Counted from the stretch's first letter, positions 40,390 to 49,483 are shown. The stretch is 64,000 nucleotides of DNA from an uncultured virus (IMG/VR IMGVR_UViG_3300025502_000007) (IMGVR_UViG_3300025502_000007); one strand, 5' to 3'. Notes: generated by a model not told the origin, from the letters alone. Program-made: numbers and translations.

Positions 40390-42111
40390 TTAATTCGGAA
40401 GTATACCTTTTTTTCGAGAATCTTTTTTATTTCCCGTAGGCAAGGCCGTCTCATTACCATTATCGTAAATTACTGGATTTTTTAAATTAAACTCTAACTC
40501 TTCTTGTTTGTCGGACACTTGAATGTCTAAGTTAATGTTGTCAAAATAGACAGCCGATTCTGTTTCCGATTCAGAAGGCATAACTCCTACAACTACTGAA
40601 TCCTGTCTTTCGCTTAAAAAAACCTCTTGGAAACTTACTCCATCAACAGTGGTGATTTTATCCTGACCTTCAAAAAGTAAATAGAACATCCCACTTTCAG
40701 CATCCTGCCTAATTCTTTGTATGACATGCAAAGCTAAATCTTTTTCAATGTCCTCAGATAATATAGCATCATGCATATTTCTAGTTAACTTGCCTCGGTA
40801 ATCGCGCAGTGCTGAACCTATAGTCTCCCCATTTCCGACAGTATTATAGTTTTCAACGTTAACCATACAGACGGCCTTAATCATGCCTGAGGAAGCTTGC
40901 ATGCCCATTATGTATGTTGGCTCCCCATTAACATTATATGTTTTAGGAAAAGTGGCTTTATAGCCAAGGTCAGCATACATATCATTAGCACTCTTCATTG
41001 CAGCGTCTTCGGTGGCTCCTGCTTTTTTGTAAAAAATGGTTTTCTTAGTTTTTGTGTTAACTTCAATAAATCCAATAGTAGCATCGTCTTTCCCAACAGA
41101 AGTTACACCTGTATAATAGTAGCAATCTCCATCGTTTCCGTAAACAACACTCATGTCATTTGTGATTTTCTTTCTGTTTTTATCATCCCAATTAATGTAA
41201 CCCATTGCTAAAGAACCCCAGTCGACCAGTTGTTCATGGATTATATGAGATGGCTGGACCCTGTCCACCCAATCAGGAGCCTCTTTAGTGGTGTACTGTT
41301 CTATTTCCCCAGTTTCAGCGTCTACAACTAAACATCCAGAAACCTCTTTCCCTGACATACCAATAGTTCTGTCATACATAGTCACAACCCAATATGGCTT
41401 TCCCATGTCGTCAATTTCAAACTGATAATCTGTCAAATAAGTTGTCGAATACCCGCTCAACCACAGGTGCCTTTCCAAGTTCTGGTCAAAACAAGCCTTT
41501 GGTTGATACACAATGTTGTACGTGTCTATGTATTGAATATCTTTCTCATCAACAGCATTCACCATTACATATCCTGGTGTGCCTTGTTTGTTGCTACGCC
41601 ATTTCCAATAGCTTGTGTGAAGCGTTGGAGCGACATAGTAAATCCCTTGATTAACCTCCTGGAGAACGTACTCACCAATCTCAACTTGAGACCCAACTAC
41701 GTTTTCAGTGGTATCTTCTGGGTCTACAAGAGACTTCTGGCCGAGTAATAAAGCAGTTGATGGCGGTATAACAAATATCTTTGACTGGTCAATTGGAGCC
41801 ACCTCATCTGAATATACTTTATATTCCACTACCCCAATTAAATCTCGATATTTTTCGTCATTTAACCATCGATTCCCCCCTATCGACTGTAAAAGAAGCA
41901 CAGTTATTGTTAAAACACTAATTATTACCCCTACCCAAGTGAAAGGTGTGGCTTTGCTTTTAGACCAATTTATCCCTAATACTGTGACACAAATTCCCCA
42001 AAACAAAAATGTAAGCCACATGTTGGGGTTGTCCATTTTCCAAGTTGGAAGTCCAAAATAAACACAGAAGTAAACAATACCTCCAAGTAGAATAGTCTTA
42101 ACTATATTCAT
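40390..42111 (-). CDS. membrane protein with three N-terminal TM helices and a large soluble domain
   Basis: 573 aa; hydrophobic N-terminal segments; PepSY-like YWVV...VVDAETGEI motif. Confidence 0.7.
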   Translation of the reverse strand: MNIVKTILLGGIVYFCVYFGLPTWKMDNPNMWLTFLFWGICVTVLGINWSKSKATPFTWVGVIISVLTITVLLLQSIGGNRWLNDEKYRDLIGVVEYKVYSDEVAPIDQSKIFVIPPSTALLLGQKSLVDPEDTTENVVGSQVEIGEYVLQEVNQGIYYVAPTLHTSYWKWRSNKQGTPGYVMVNAVDEKDIQYIDTYNIVYQPKACFDQNLERHLWLSGYSTTYLTDYQFEIDDMGKPYWVVTMYDRTIGMSGKEVSGCLVVDAETGEIEQYTTKEAPDWVDRVQPSHIIHEQLVDWGSLAMGYINWDDKNRKKITNDMSVVYGNDGDCYYYTGVTSVGKDDATIGFIEVNTKTKKTIFYKKAGATEDAAMKSANDMYADLGYKATFPKTYNVNGEPTYIMGMQASSGMIKAVCMVNVENYNTVGNGETIGSALRDYRGKLTRNMHDAILSEDIEKDLALHVIQRIRQDAESGMFYLLFEGQDKITTVDGVSFQEVFLSERQDSVVVGVMPSESETESAVYFDNINLDIQVSDKQEELEFNLKNPVIYDNGNETALPTGNKKDSRKKGILPN

Positions 42112-42135
42112 ATGCTTTTTGAGTTATATTTTTTT

Positions 42136-42214
42136 TAGTAGCGTGTGCTGAATCGAACAGCAGCAGGGGTATCCCCCAAAGACTTAATGAGAGTCTTACT
42201 TCCACATCACGCTA
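42136..42214 (-). ncRNA. tRNA-like RNA lacking a D-stem, CAU anticodon, long variable arm
   Basis: Acceptor TAGCGTG/CACGCTA; T-arm TGCTG-TTCGATT-CAGCA; anticodon arm AAGACT-CTCATTA-AGTCTT; variable hairpin GGGG-GATA-CCCC; only 10 nt (ATGTGGAAGT) in place of the D-arm. Confidence 0.65.
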
Positions 42215-42319
42215 TTTACTTCTAATATACGGAGGTTGTCTATAAAAGTTTCGTAAAAATTGAATTTGTTGTTTTCCTTGCTATTTATGAGGGAATTCTA
42301 GCAAACAAAACGAATACAC

Positions 42320-43009
42320 ATGTCTAAGCAAATCAGAAAAGAAGACCTCGTAAGATACATCCACGGACAAGCTCAAAGGCTAATCGAGGCTGACGAGATA
42401 AAAGCAGCAGGCAATCCAACTGATGTTGTTATGAACAAGATGGTTGGTGGAGCAAGCGCAAATCCAGAAGCCAAAGTTAAGAACATTGGTGGAAACGAGG
42501 AAACTAAATCAGCGAAAGTTGCTGCCAAAGACCCTATGAACGTTGCCATGAATACAATGGACAAAGAGGCTGGCTGTGACGGAGCGGCGTCTACTGCGGT
42601 TAAAGTTAACGCAGGTGGAGACCTTTCAAGTGACCAATCGGCCACAGCTGGTCAAAAAACTGCAAACTTTGATTCAAAAAAATCAAACCCTACCAAAGAG
42701 AAAGGTGAACCATTTGATAAAGATGGCGAAGCAAAAATGAACTCTATGGACAAGGAAGTTGACGAAGGGACAAAAACTTTTGTCGGTGCAAAAGGAAATC
42801 TAAGCTCAGACCAGGCAACAAATGTCGGGATGAACGGAGCAGATGTTCACGAAGATGCACAAAATGAAGCAGTTCCAGAAGCTATAGCTAAAGCAATTGA
42901 GATGCCGAAAGAAGGGTTTACCTTCAAGAATAGAAATGAATTGCTAGAATGGACTAAAATCCAGGCTGAGAAAGTTGCGACTCTAATGGAGTCTAAAAAA
43001 AAAGATTAA
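42320..43009 (+). CDS. probable prohead core/internal protein, with possible -1 frameshift extension to 43260
   Basis: Low-complexity K/D/A/N protein with internal repeats (MN-x-MDKE; G-x-LSSDQ twice). Ends TCT AAA AAA AAA GAT TAA; the -1 frame is open for 85 codons. Confidence 0.7.
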   Translation: MSKQIRKEDLVRYIHGQAQRLIEADEIKAAGNPTDVVMNKMVGGASANPEAKVKNIGGNEETKSAKVAAKDPMNVAMNTMDKEAGCDGAASTAVKVNAGGDLSSDQSATAGQKTANFDSKKSNPTKEKGEPFDKDGEAKMNSMDKEVDEGTKTFVGAKGNLSSDQATNVGMNGADVHEDAQNEAVPEAIAKAIEMPKEGFTFKNRNELLEWTKIQAEKVATLMESKKKD

Positions 43010-43280
43010 GTGAAGGCACACTTGGAGCAGGTGAACAGGCTTTACATGCCAGCCAAGAAGGCGAGAGCGCTTTTAAAGAATACCTTGACACGCTTGAGTG
43101 GGAAGAGCGTTCAAATCCATCTGTTCTGATAGACATTGGAAAAGGATTCACACGTGGCGTTAATGCTGCTTTAGAGTCAAATCTCACAGATTTAGCACCA
43201 AACGCAGGAGCAGCGCCTGATGAGATTGCTGGAATCAACTTTGAACAGCCAGGCTTCTAAACACCAATAAAATATAAAAC

Positions 43281-43311
43281 AAAAAAGAGACTAATTTAAG
43301 TCTCTTTTTTG
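43281..43311 (+). terminator. intrinsic terminator
   Basis: AAAAAAGAGACT-aattta-AGTCTCTTTTTT, just after the TAA at 43260. Confidence 0.75.
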
Positions 43312-43338
43312 TTTTATTGAAGTAACTGATTATATTCT

Positions 43339-43628
43339 GTGAACTACCCATCCACAGCAAGCTGATGGAAGGGCTTCTAAAAAAAATATAAATGCAAAGA
43401 GCAGATACATATTCAGAATTTACAGCGTTTCGTAGACTTGCCCAATGGCAACGCCTCACCGCCTTTTTGTTTATCCTGCGAAGTTGGTCCCCAACCCACA
43501 GCTTAATATTTTGTTTCGCTTATGATTTTATGCAAACAACGAAAAAGAACTTATTTGTAAATATATAAAAAAAACGCTTACATCTCACCCACGCTAAAAA
43601 GCGATGAGTGAGTTTTACGCTAAATCAT
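43339..43628 (-). mobile_element. divergent non-autonomous IS200/IS605 mini-element (290 bp), copy 3
   Basis: Same GTGAACTACCCA end and TTTTACGCT end followed by ATAAA (TTTAT on minus). Shares CGTAGACT, GCAACGCCTCA and TTTTATGCAAAC with copies 1 and 2, with compensatory hairpin changes. Confidence 0.8.
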
Positions 43629-43644
43629 ATAAAATTAAGTTACA

Positions 43645-45696
43645 ATGACGCAAATCAGCCAGCTTCCAGAGATTATAAATCTCAAAAATAAGTTCGCTTT
43701 CACATATGAAAAAGAAGAAGAAGACCACTTTCATTGCAGGTGTGGAAATCACTTCTCATCGGATATTGATGAATTTAACTCCTTAGATAACGTTACTGAT
43801 TTAGTGCAGGACGACCAGAAAGAATACTTAGAAGAGTTTTCAGAGATGTTCAACGACATTAAAATGGCTATACACCAGGGAACAACGTGCCCTAAGTGTA
43901 AAACAAATTATGTCCACCCATTAGATAAAAAATACTTAGTGAGCGAGGGTCAAACGTTTGCATCAGGGTTCCACACGGACACCGACGCAGACAACCTCTT
44001 CATTTACTATTATCACGTGCGATTTGTAAGAGATGACGAAGGGTATGACACAGCTGTCAAATATAAAAAACTCTCATTTAGCAAAATCGATAGTTCGGCC
44101 ACTTATAAAAGCATAGACTCAGACGAAGAGTTCAAAATAGACCTCAGTGATATTACCTCAGTGTGTCAAGACTTCTTGTCGAGAGATTCCGAATACGTTA
44201 TTGGTCTTCATAATCTTCACCACTTCATAAACTCTCTAGCGAACTTTGTTCCTGATGCTGATTCAATTCACGTCATGCAAGAGATTATCTCTAAAATCAG
44301 AGGAAGTAAAGACACAGGGTTCGGAGAGCTTCAGAAAGTCTTGTCGATATTCATGGCAGTTAGACTCTATAGTAACCTGTCCACTGTGGCCATCACTAAA
44401 GGAGCCGAGTTCCTGTATGATGTAATGGTGAAATGCCATCTTCCATCGTTGGAAGAGATTCAAGCAGCAGAAGTCACATCACCATTGGCAATATTTAACT
44501 TCCTCATAAAAAACTATATCGACCAAGTCAATGACGACATATCTGGGGAAGATAGAAACGTTAGAGACTTTATCTACAAGACAGACGTAGAAATGAAGCT
44601 TGAGGACCAGTCCGACGATAGCTCAGAACTAATTGTTTCCCACGGTGACGAGAAGGAGATGACTATAAAAGTTCGAAATCAGAGGGCTTATGAAAAAGCT
44701 CTTCAACTTGCCCGTGCACAGCGTGGACAGAAAAAAGGTGATATGAACGTAAAAGAGGCGATTGAGGATGGTGCAATCTCTAAGTTTATCTTTAAACGAA
44801 TAGACTCATTTAAAGAATACGAAAAGCTTATTAGATTTTTCAAGTTCATAGACAAGAAGAAACTAATCTCGTTGATGCAAAAGCATCCGAAAGAATTCTT
44901 AGTGGCGATTATTGACAGAATTTATCACAGAAGAGAATGTGATGAAAAAGAGATGACTCAAATATTTAATATCGTCATTTCGTTTGTACAGGAAGAATCT
45001 AAGAAGCATGCGTTCGTTGACGAAAAAGGAGTCATCCAAGAAAGCTTGGACTACAGAGTAGTAGAGGACTTTGATTTTGCGTTTTACGACGATGCCATTA
45101 TGGCTATCGAGTATCTATACCGAATTGTAGACGAAGAACATAAGAAGAATTTTGTAAGAAGCAAATTCTTCAATAAAATAAAAAAATATGATGCGCTCGT
45201 TAAATTCCACGACGGAATTATGACTCAACAAAACTATTTCTCTAAATCAGAGGAAGGAAACAACGGCGCACTCACAGAGATTGTCGATAAGTATAGAATC
45301 TTAGAGGAGCTACCGCCAGAGTATGAAGGAAAAGTTAGAATCAAAATCCTCGACACGTTTCATGATTTTGTTCAAGAAGGACAGGAAATGGACCATTCAG
45401 CTGGGCGATATGCACAAAAAACCCTGGATGACGAAATGCTGGTTTGCAAGTTGCTTGTATCTGGAAAACCAATTAAACAAGGGGAGCAACTAAGGTTCAC
45501 TTTGGGCTTGACAATAGATTACTATGATGGAATTGTATTTGACGCCTTAAAAGGGAAAAACAATACTCACGCATCCGACAGAGTCATTAAAGAAGTGCGA
45601 GACTGGTTAGAGATGAAAGGAATAGCAATCAGACGAATCACAGACATTAAGTATCGAGGAGATGACACTCTCGACTTATCAAATATTGAGCTATGA
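43645..45696 (+). CDS. zinc-ribbon plus C-terminal PcfJ-like domain protein
   Basis: CRCG...CPKC at the N-terminus; DFVQEGQEMDHSAGRY...QLRFTL...LKGKNN matches the PcfJ pattern EG-x2-M-x-HC. Confidence 0.6.
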   Translation: MTQISQLPEIINLKNKFAFTYEKEEEDHFHCRCGNHFSSDIDEFNSLDNVTDLVQDDQKEYLEEFSEMFNDIKMAIHQGTTCPKCKTNYVHPLDKKYLVSEGQTFASGFHTDTDADNLFIYYYHVRFVRDDEGYDTAVKYKKLSFSKIDSSATYKSIDSDEEFKIDLSDITSVCQDFLSRDSEYVIGLHNLHHFINSLANFVPDADSIHVMQEIISKIRGSKDTGFGELQKVLSIFMAVRLYSNLSTVAITKGAEFLYDVMVKCHLPSLEEIQAAEVTSPLAIFNFLIKNYIDQVNDDISGEDRNVRDFIYKTDVEMKLEDQSDDSSELIVSHGDEKEMTIKVRNQRAYEKALQLARAQRGQKKGDMNVKEAIEDGAISKFIFKRIDSFKEYEKLIRFFKFIDKKKLISLMQKHPKEFLVAIIDRIYHRRECDEKEMTQIFNIVISFVQEESKKHAFVDEKGVIQESLDYRVVEDFDFAFYDDAIMAIEYLYRIVDEEHKKNFVRSKFFNKIKKYDALVKFHDGIMTQQNYFSKSEEGNNGALTEIVDKYRILEELPPEYEGKVRIKILDTFHDFVQEGQEMDHSAGRYAQKTLDDEMLVCKLLVSGKPIKQGEQLRFTLGLTIDYYDGIVFDALKGKNNTHASDRVIKEVRDWLEMKGIAIRRITDIKYRGDDTLDLSNIEL

Positions 45697-45732
45697 TTAA
45701 TTCAAGTTTTTTTTGGTTTAAATCAGAGAAGC

Positions 45733-46095
45733 ATGCAGGGAATATCTGAAAAAGACTGTGTGTTCAAGTATGATAGACAAGGAAATCTCTATGAATACAT
45801 TGAATACAAGTGTGGGGAAATAAAGTACGCTTACCATTTCACAGACAACACTCTGAAAAAAGTCTATCGCAATCATGAAGACGATGGTGAGATTTACCGC
45901 GAGTTAAAATCCGTAACCATTTTTCCTGATGGAGGAGTTTTGCTCCATCAGTTTTTTGATGGAGCAAGTAGAGTGGTGGTTAGAACTCCAGAGGGAGATT
46001 ACCTGCCGCCTTTGAAGCGAATGGAGAAAAGTGATGGGAATTACACTGGATACTCAATAAAGCCTGAGTTGATTAAAAAATGGATAAACACATGA
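45733..46095 (+). CDS. hypothetical protein
   Basis: 120-aa ORF. Confidence 0.6.
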   Translation: MQGISEKDCVFKYDRQGNLYEYIEYKCGEIKYAYHFTDNTLKKVYRNHEDDGEIYRELKSVTIFPDGGVLLHQFFDGASRVVVRTPEGDYLPPLKRMEKSDGNYTGYSIKPELIKKWINT

Positions 46096-46116
46096 ACATT
46101 TAAGTCTCTGATTAGA

Positions 46117-46356
46117 ATGACTCGAAAATACGAAGCCCAAATAGAAGCACTCTTATCCGACCTCTTCCGAGAGGGTTCGATGGATAAAAAAGATTGGGAG
46201 CAATTTCGAAGAACAATATTCACTAAAAGTGGTATAACATATGATGAGCTTGAGAAAAGCCTTGACAAAGGTGTTGAAGAAGGATTCACCCTCAAGCAGC
46301 AACTCATCATCCTCAGAAAACAGTTTGGAGACCTCAAAGATGAAACTGACGATTGA
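46117..46356 (+). CDS. hypothetical protein
   Basis: 79-aa ORF; could start at the in-frame ATG at 46117 as given. Confidence 0.55.
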   Translation: MTRKYEAQIEALLSDLFREGSMDKKDWEQFRRTIFTKSGITYDELEKSLDKGVEEGFTLKQQLIILRKQFGDLKDETDD

Positions 46357-46471
46357 ACTCGTTCCATCCACTGCTTGGTTTACCAACGTTAGGAGCGAAG
46401 TGTCGAAAGCTAAGTGGGACAAGATAAGAAGAAAGTCATACAAGCATGCGGATTACAAGTGCGAGATTTGT
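46340..46471 (+). pseudogene. truncated HNH endonuclease (N-terminal fragment)
   Basis: MKLTIELVPSTAWFTNVRSEVSKAKWDKIRRKSYKHADYKCEIC is a typical phage HNH start. The CHE-x-W catalytic part is missing and the frame runs into the promoter of the next gene. Confidence 0.6.
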
Positions 46472-46533
46472 TACGCCAGTACAGCTGTTTGGTTTCATCT
46501 AATTCGCCCTATTTACTATAAAGCGCTTTATAC

Positions 46534-47001
46534 ATGGGAAAATCTATCAAAAAATTCTTGCTGGAATCTATGTCTGAATGGGACAATGGCTACAACCACA
46601 TATCTGAAGATACTGTTGGAGGTGTAGAACATGTAGCATTTGACAAAGATGATGATTACATCCGTATTGATTTTTCAACCAACTTTGGAACCAAAGCCTC
46701 TATAGTTACTTCGTTTGCGAAGTTTAAAGAGTGGTTTAGCTCTCTAGAAGGCGAAAGCAAACCTCCTTACAAAAAATTCATTAAAGATTTTTTGAAAACA
46801 TCTTCCGAACAAGAAGGCGAATTAGAAGAGGTTATTGATGACAATGGGAACATAATGGGAGATGATGACCAACCGCCTAACACCACAAACTCAATGATAG
46901 GAACATCCACCTGGGACCTTGACAAGGTGTATCAGTCCTCAATCCCTAAATCGATTAGACACTATTCAGGAAGCATGGGCATAGGGATGGTGACATGGTA
47001 A
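46534..47001 (+). CDS. acidic hypothetical (probable head-associated) protein
   Basis: 155 aa; KSIKKFLLES N-terminus; CTATTTA upstream. Confidence 0.6.
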   Translation: MGKSIKKFLLESMSEWDNGYNHISEDTVGGVEHVAFDKDDDYIRIDFSTNFGTKASIVTSFAKFKEWFSSLEGESKPPYKKFIKDFLKTSSEQEGELEEVIDDNGNIMGDDDQPPNTTNSMIGTSTWDLDKVYQSSIPKSIRHYSGSMGIGMVTW

Positions 47002-47693
47002 CCAAAGACATCGTCTATAACAGACTAACCAAACAGTTTGCATTAGTTAAAGAGTTTACAAATAACTTTACAAAAGGAGTCAGAACAGGCGCAGGACTAT
47101 GGCCAGAGGGAGAATACATTTTACTCACTCCTGAGCATAGAAAGAAATTTGAAGAGTACGTAAATAATCTTATTACAAGCAATGAAAGTTGGAACCGCCC
47201 TAGCAAGGATTGGGTAGAGTGGGTATTTGAGGAAGTCCCATCAAGCGAAGGATTGAGTTATGGGTTTAACGAAAGCAATATGAAAAAAAAAGAAAGAACA
47301 GAAACTCTCGCAGAGCAAAGACTTAGAGAGGAGTACGAAAAAATGAAGAAATGTGCTGTTCATGACCCTGGGTCAGAGAATAGAGCTAAAATAGATGAAT
47401 CACAATACTCGACTCCTGCATCTGTAGGCATGCACCGTGGACGTAGTGTGAATTCTCTTGTGGACGATTACGAGCAGAAGCACGGAGGTTCTAATTCAGT
47501 TGCTACCTCAATTAAACCAGCAGAAGCATTAGACCTCGCGATTAAAAGGACATTAGCATCTGGTGCCCCTATTAATAACATGGGTTTTTATGATGAAATA
47601 AACTGGCATCTAAAAACGCTTGGAAACCCTGCACAGCTTCCAATTGCAATTAAAGAAACATTAAACAAGCTTTTGAAAAAAGGCATTGAGTAA
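46995..47693 (+). CDS. hypothetical (probable head-associated) protein
   Basis: 232 aa with FNES, LREE and IDES motifs. Confidence 0.6.
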   Translation: MVTKDIVYNRLTKQFALVKEFTNNFTKGVRTGAGLWPEGEYILLTPEHRKKFEEYVNNLITSNESWNRPSKDWVEWVFEEVPSSEGLSYGFNESNMKKKERTETLAEQRLREEYEKMKKCAVHDPGSENRAKIDESQYSTPASVGMHRGRSVNSLVDDYEQKHGGSNSVATSIKPAEALDLAIKRTLASGAPINNMGFYDEINWHLKTLGNPAQLPIAIKETLNKLLKKGIE

Positions 47694-47697
47694 TTAA

Positions 47698-49473
47698 ATG
47701 AGATTCGAGAACTTATCATATGATGAACTACTTGAAGTAGCAGAGTGGGGTTTGACTGGGGTTTACGAATCTAGCGGGTGTTGGGATGAGGCTAATTCTT
47801 TGGATGAGGCAAAAGAATGTGCTGTTGAAGATTTTCATCAGTCTATAAAAAGCCTTTGGCCTCATGGGTTTGGTGACACCCCCTCAAATCCATTAATTTA
47901 TCGCCTTATTGCAATGAAGCCAGGGGAGAAGTTAAATGAAACCAATTTAGGAATCAGCTGGTACTCAAATCCTAAACAGCATGAAGAGCGTGCATTTTGG
48001 GACATGCTTACACACATTAGCCCTAGGGAGGTAAAATTAAGAGGAGATATTCTCTATCGGCTAACTGCAAAGATTAGCAGTGATGACATTGACACGGCAG
48101 TTTCTTTATGGGAGAGAAGCACGCAGTTTTGGGAAAATGAAATAGCATTAAAGCATTCAGCGAAACCTAAGCTCGTAAAATTAGAAACCTATGACCAAGT
48201 TATGTCTTTAACCGAAAATACAACAGAGTACAGTATGACTCAACAGGATTTTTATGCAAAAAACAACATCGACCCCGACTCAATCAGTTGGGCGGGTAAG
48301 GGAGATTTTGGTGAGGCATATTATGTCAATGGAGACCGAGTTTTAAAAAAAACAACGGCTGTAAGCGAGTTTGATATAGCTAAGCGGCTTATCGGAGACA
48401 CCTCTCCTGTATTTAAAGTGTTTGCAGATATTTATGCTGCCGAGCTTGTTGAAGGAGAAAAGTGGATTTTAATGGAGGAGTTAGAAATTGACTCTGAAAT
48501 AGAGGATTACTACTATCAAGTCAGCAGCTACATGGAAGAGCAAGGGTTGCCTATTCAGTATACACACTCAATGGACTGGGACGAAACAGACGCCCCAGAC
48601 GATGTGAAAGAATTCGCAGACCAACTAGATGATATCAATAGAGCATTTCGCGCATTAGGCATTGAAGCCTCTGATATGCGTCCAGAAAATATGGGCTACG
48701 ATAAAAATGGTAAACTAAAGGCGTTTGACCTTCATGATAGAAGTATTGGTGAAATTCGTAATTTCATCAGAGAAGCTTTGCTGGAGCGTTTTGGCTTCAA
48801 TAATAATAAGTCTTTTTCTCCGCCAGAAAACGTAAAAAGCACTGTTCGTCGCGCTATCTCTAGTGGCGGCCAAACTGCTAATGGAGGTAACGAGGGTAGT
48901 GGAGTAAGAAAAGCCCAAGACCTTGCGGACGGAGGAATTCAAACGCATGCTCAAATGAAGCGTCTAAAAGCATTCTTTGACAACAATCAAGCTGGAAGTC
49001 CAGAGTGGGATTTACATGGCGGTAATGCCGCTAAAATGTGGGTAGATAGAGCTTTGGCTGGAACTCACGACAGTAACATGCGAACTAAAGAGCATATGCG
49101 AAGAGTTGGTGGTGGTGGATATGGGATGAACGATGGTATGGGCTCAATGTCAGCAACCATGATGAAAACCAATAACTCAAGAAACCACTCGGTTTGGACT
49201 AAGGCAAAGAACGCAACACAAAACAAAAAAATAATGAACAAAAAGAAGAATATTCAAGAAACGCTAAGATTGCAGCTCTTGTCAAAGATAATTACAGAGG
49301 AGCAGTTTGAAGAGAGAATGGAAAACCTCCTCTCTGAAGATGCTCAAGTTGAAGAAAAAGTTGACTTCGTAAGATTTCCAGACAAACAACTGAGACGACA
49401 ATTATTGTCTAACATCATCTCTGAAGAGCAGTACGATAAAAAAATAAGTGAAAAAGACAATTTAAACTCTTAA
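47698..49473 (+). CDS. multidomain polyprotein: ART-like domain, protein-kinase-like domain, head-morphogenesis-type helical domain
   Basis: IYRLI...LGISW...ENEI (R-S-E ART pattern); GKGDFGEAY, VLKKT, ILMEEL, DMRPENMG, KAFD (kinase); PPENVK...RKAQDLADG...KRLKAFF...WDLHGG..AKMW. Confidence 0.7.
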   Translation: MRFENLSYDELLEVAEWGLTGVYESSGCWDEANSLDEAKECAVEDFHQSIKSLWPHGFGDTPSNPLIYRLIAMKPGEKLNETNLGISWYSNPKQHEERAFWDMLTHISPREVKLRGDILYRLTAKISSDDIDTAVSLWERSTQFWENEIALKHSAKPKLVKLETYDQVMSLTENTTEYSMTQQDFYAKNNIDPDSISWAGKGDFGEAYYVNGDRVLKKTTAVSEFDIAKRLIGDTSPVFKVFADIYAAELVEGEKWILMEELEIDSEIEDYYYQVSSYMEEQGLPIQYTHSMDWDETDAPDDVKEFADQLDDINRAFRALGIEASDMRPENMGYDKNGKLKAFDLHDRSIGEIRNFIREALLERFGFNNNKSFSPPENVKSTVRRAISSGGQTANGGNEGSGVRKAQDLADGGIQTHAQMKRLKAFFDNNQAGSPEWDLHGGNAAKMWVDRALAGTHDSNMRTKEHMRRVGGGGYGMNDGMGSMSATMMKTNNSRNHSVWTKAKNATQNKKIMNKKKNIQETLRLQLLSKIITEEQFEERMENLLSEDAQVEEKVDFVRFPDKQLRRQLLSNIISEEQYDKKISEKDNLNS

Positions 49474-49483
49474 CTAAGGCTTA

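Noticed and set aside
42136..42214. Canonical tRNA-Met/Ile2 gene
   Set aside because: No D-stem, no U8, pyrimidine at position 37, long variable arm and no CCA; reported as a tRNA-like ncRNA instead.
42993..43238. 81-aa minus-strand ORF filling the gap after the 42320 gene
   Set aside because: It is the antisense shadow of the plus-strand -1 frame extension, which has better composition and ends just before a terminator.
26293..43628. CRISPR array or terminal repeats as an explanation for the repeats
   Set aside because: Copies are about 300-350 bp, dispersed kilobases apart and have IS-type ends; no short repeat-spacer periodicity was seen anywhere in the window.
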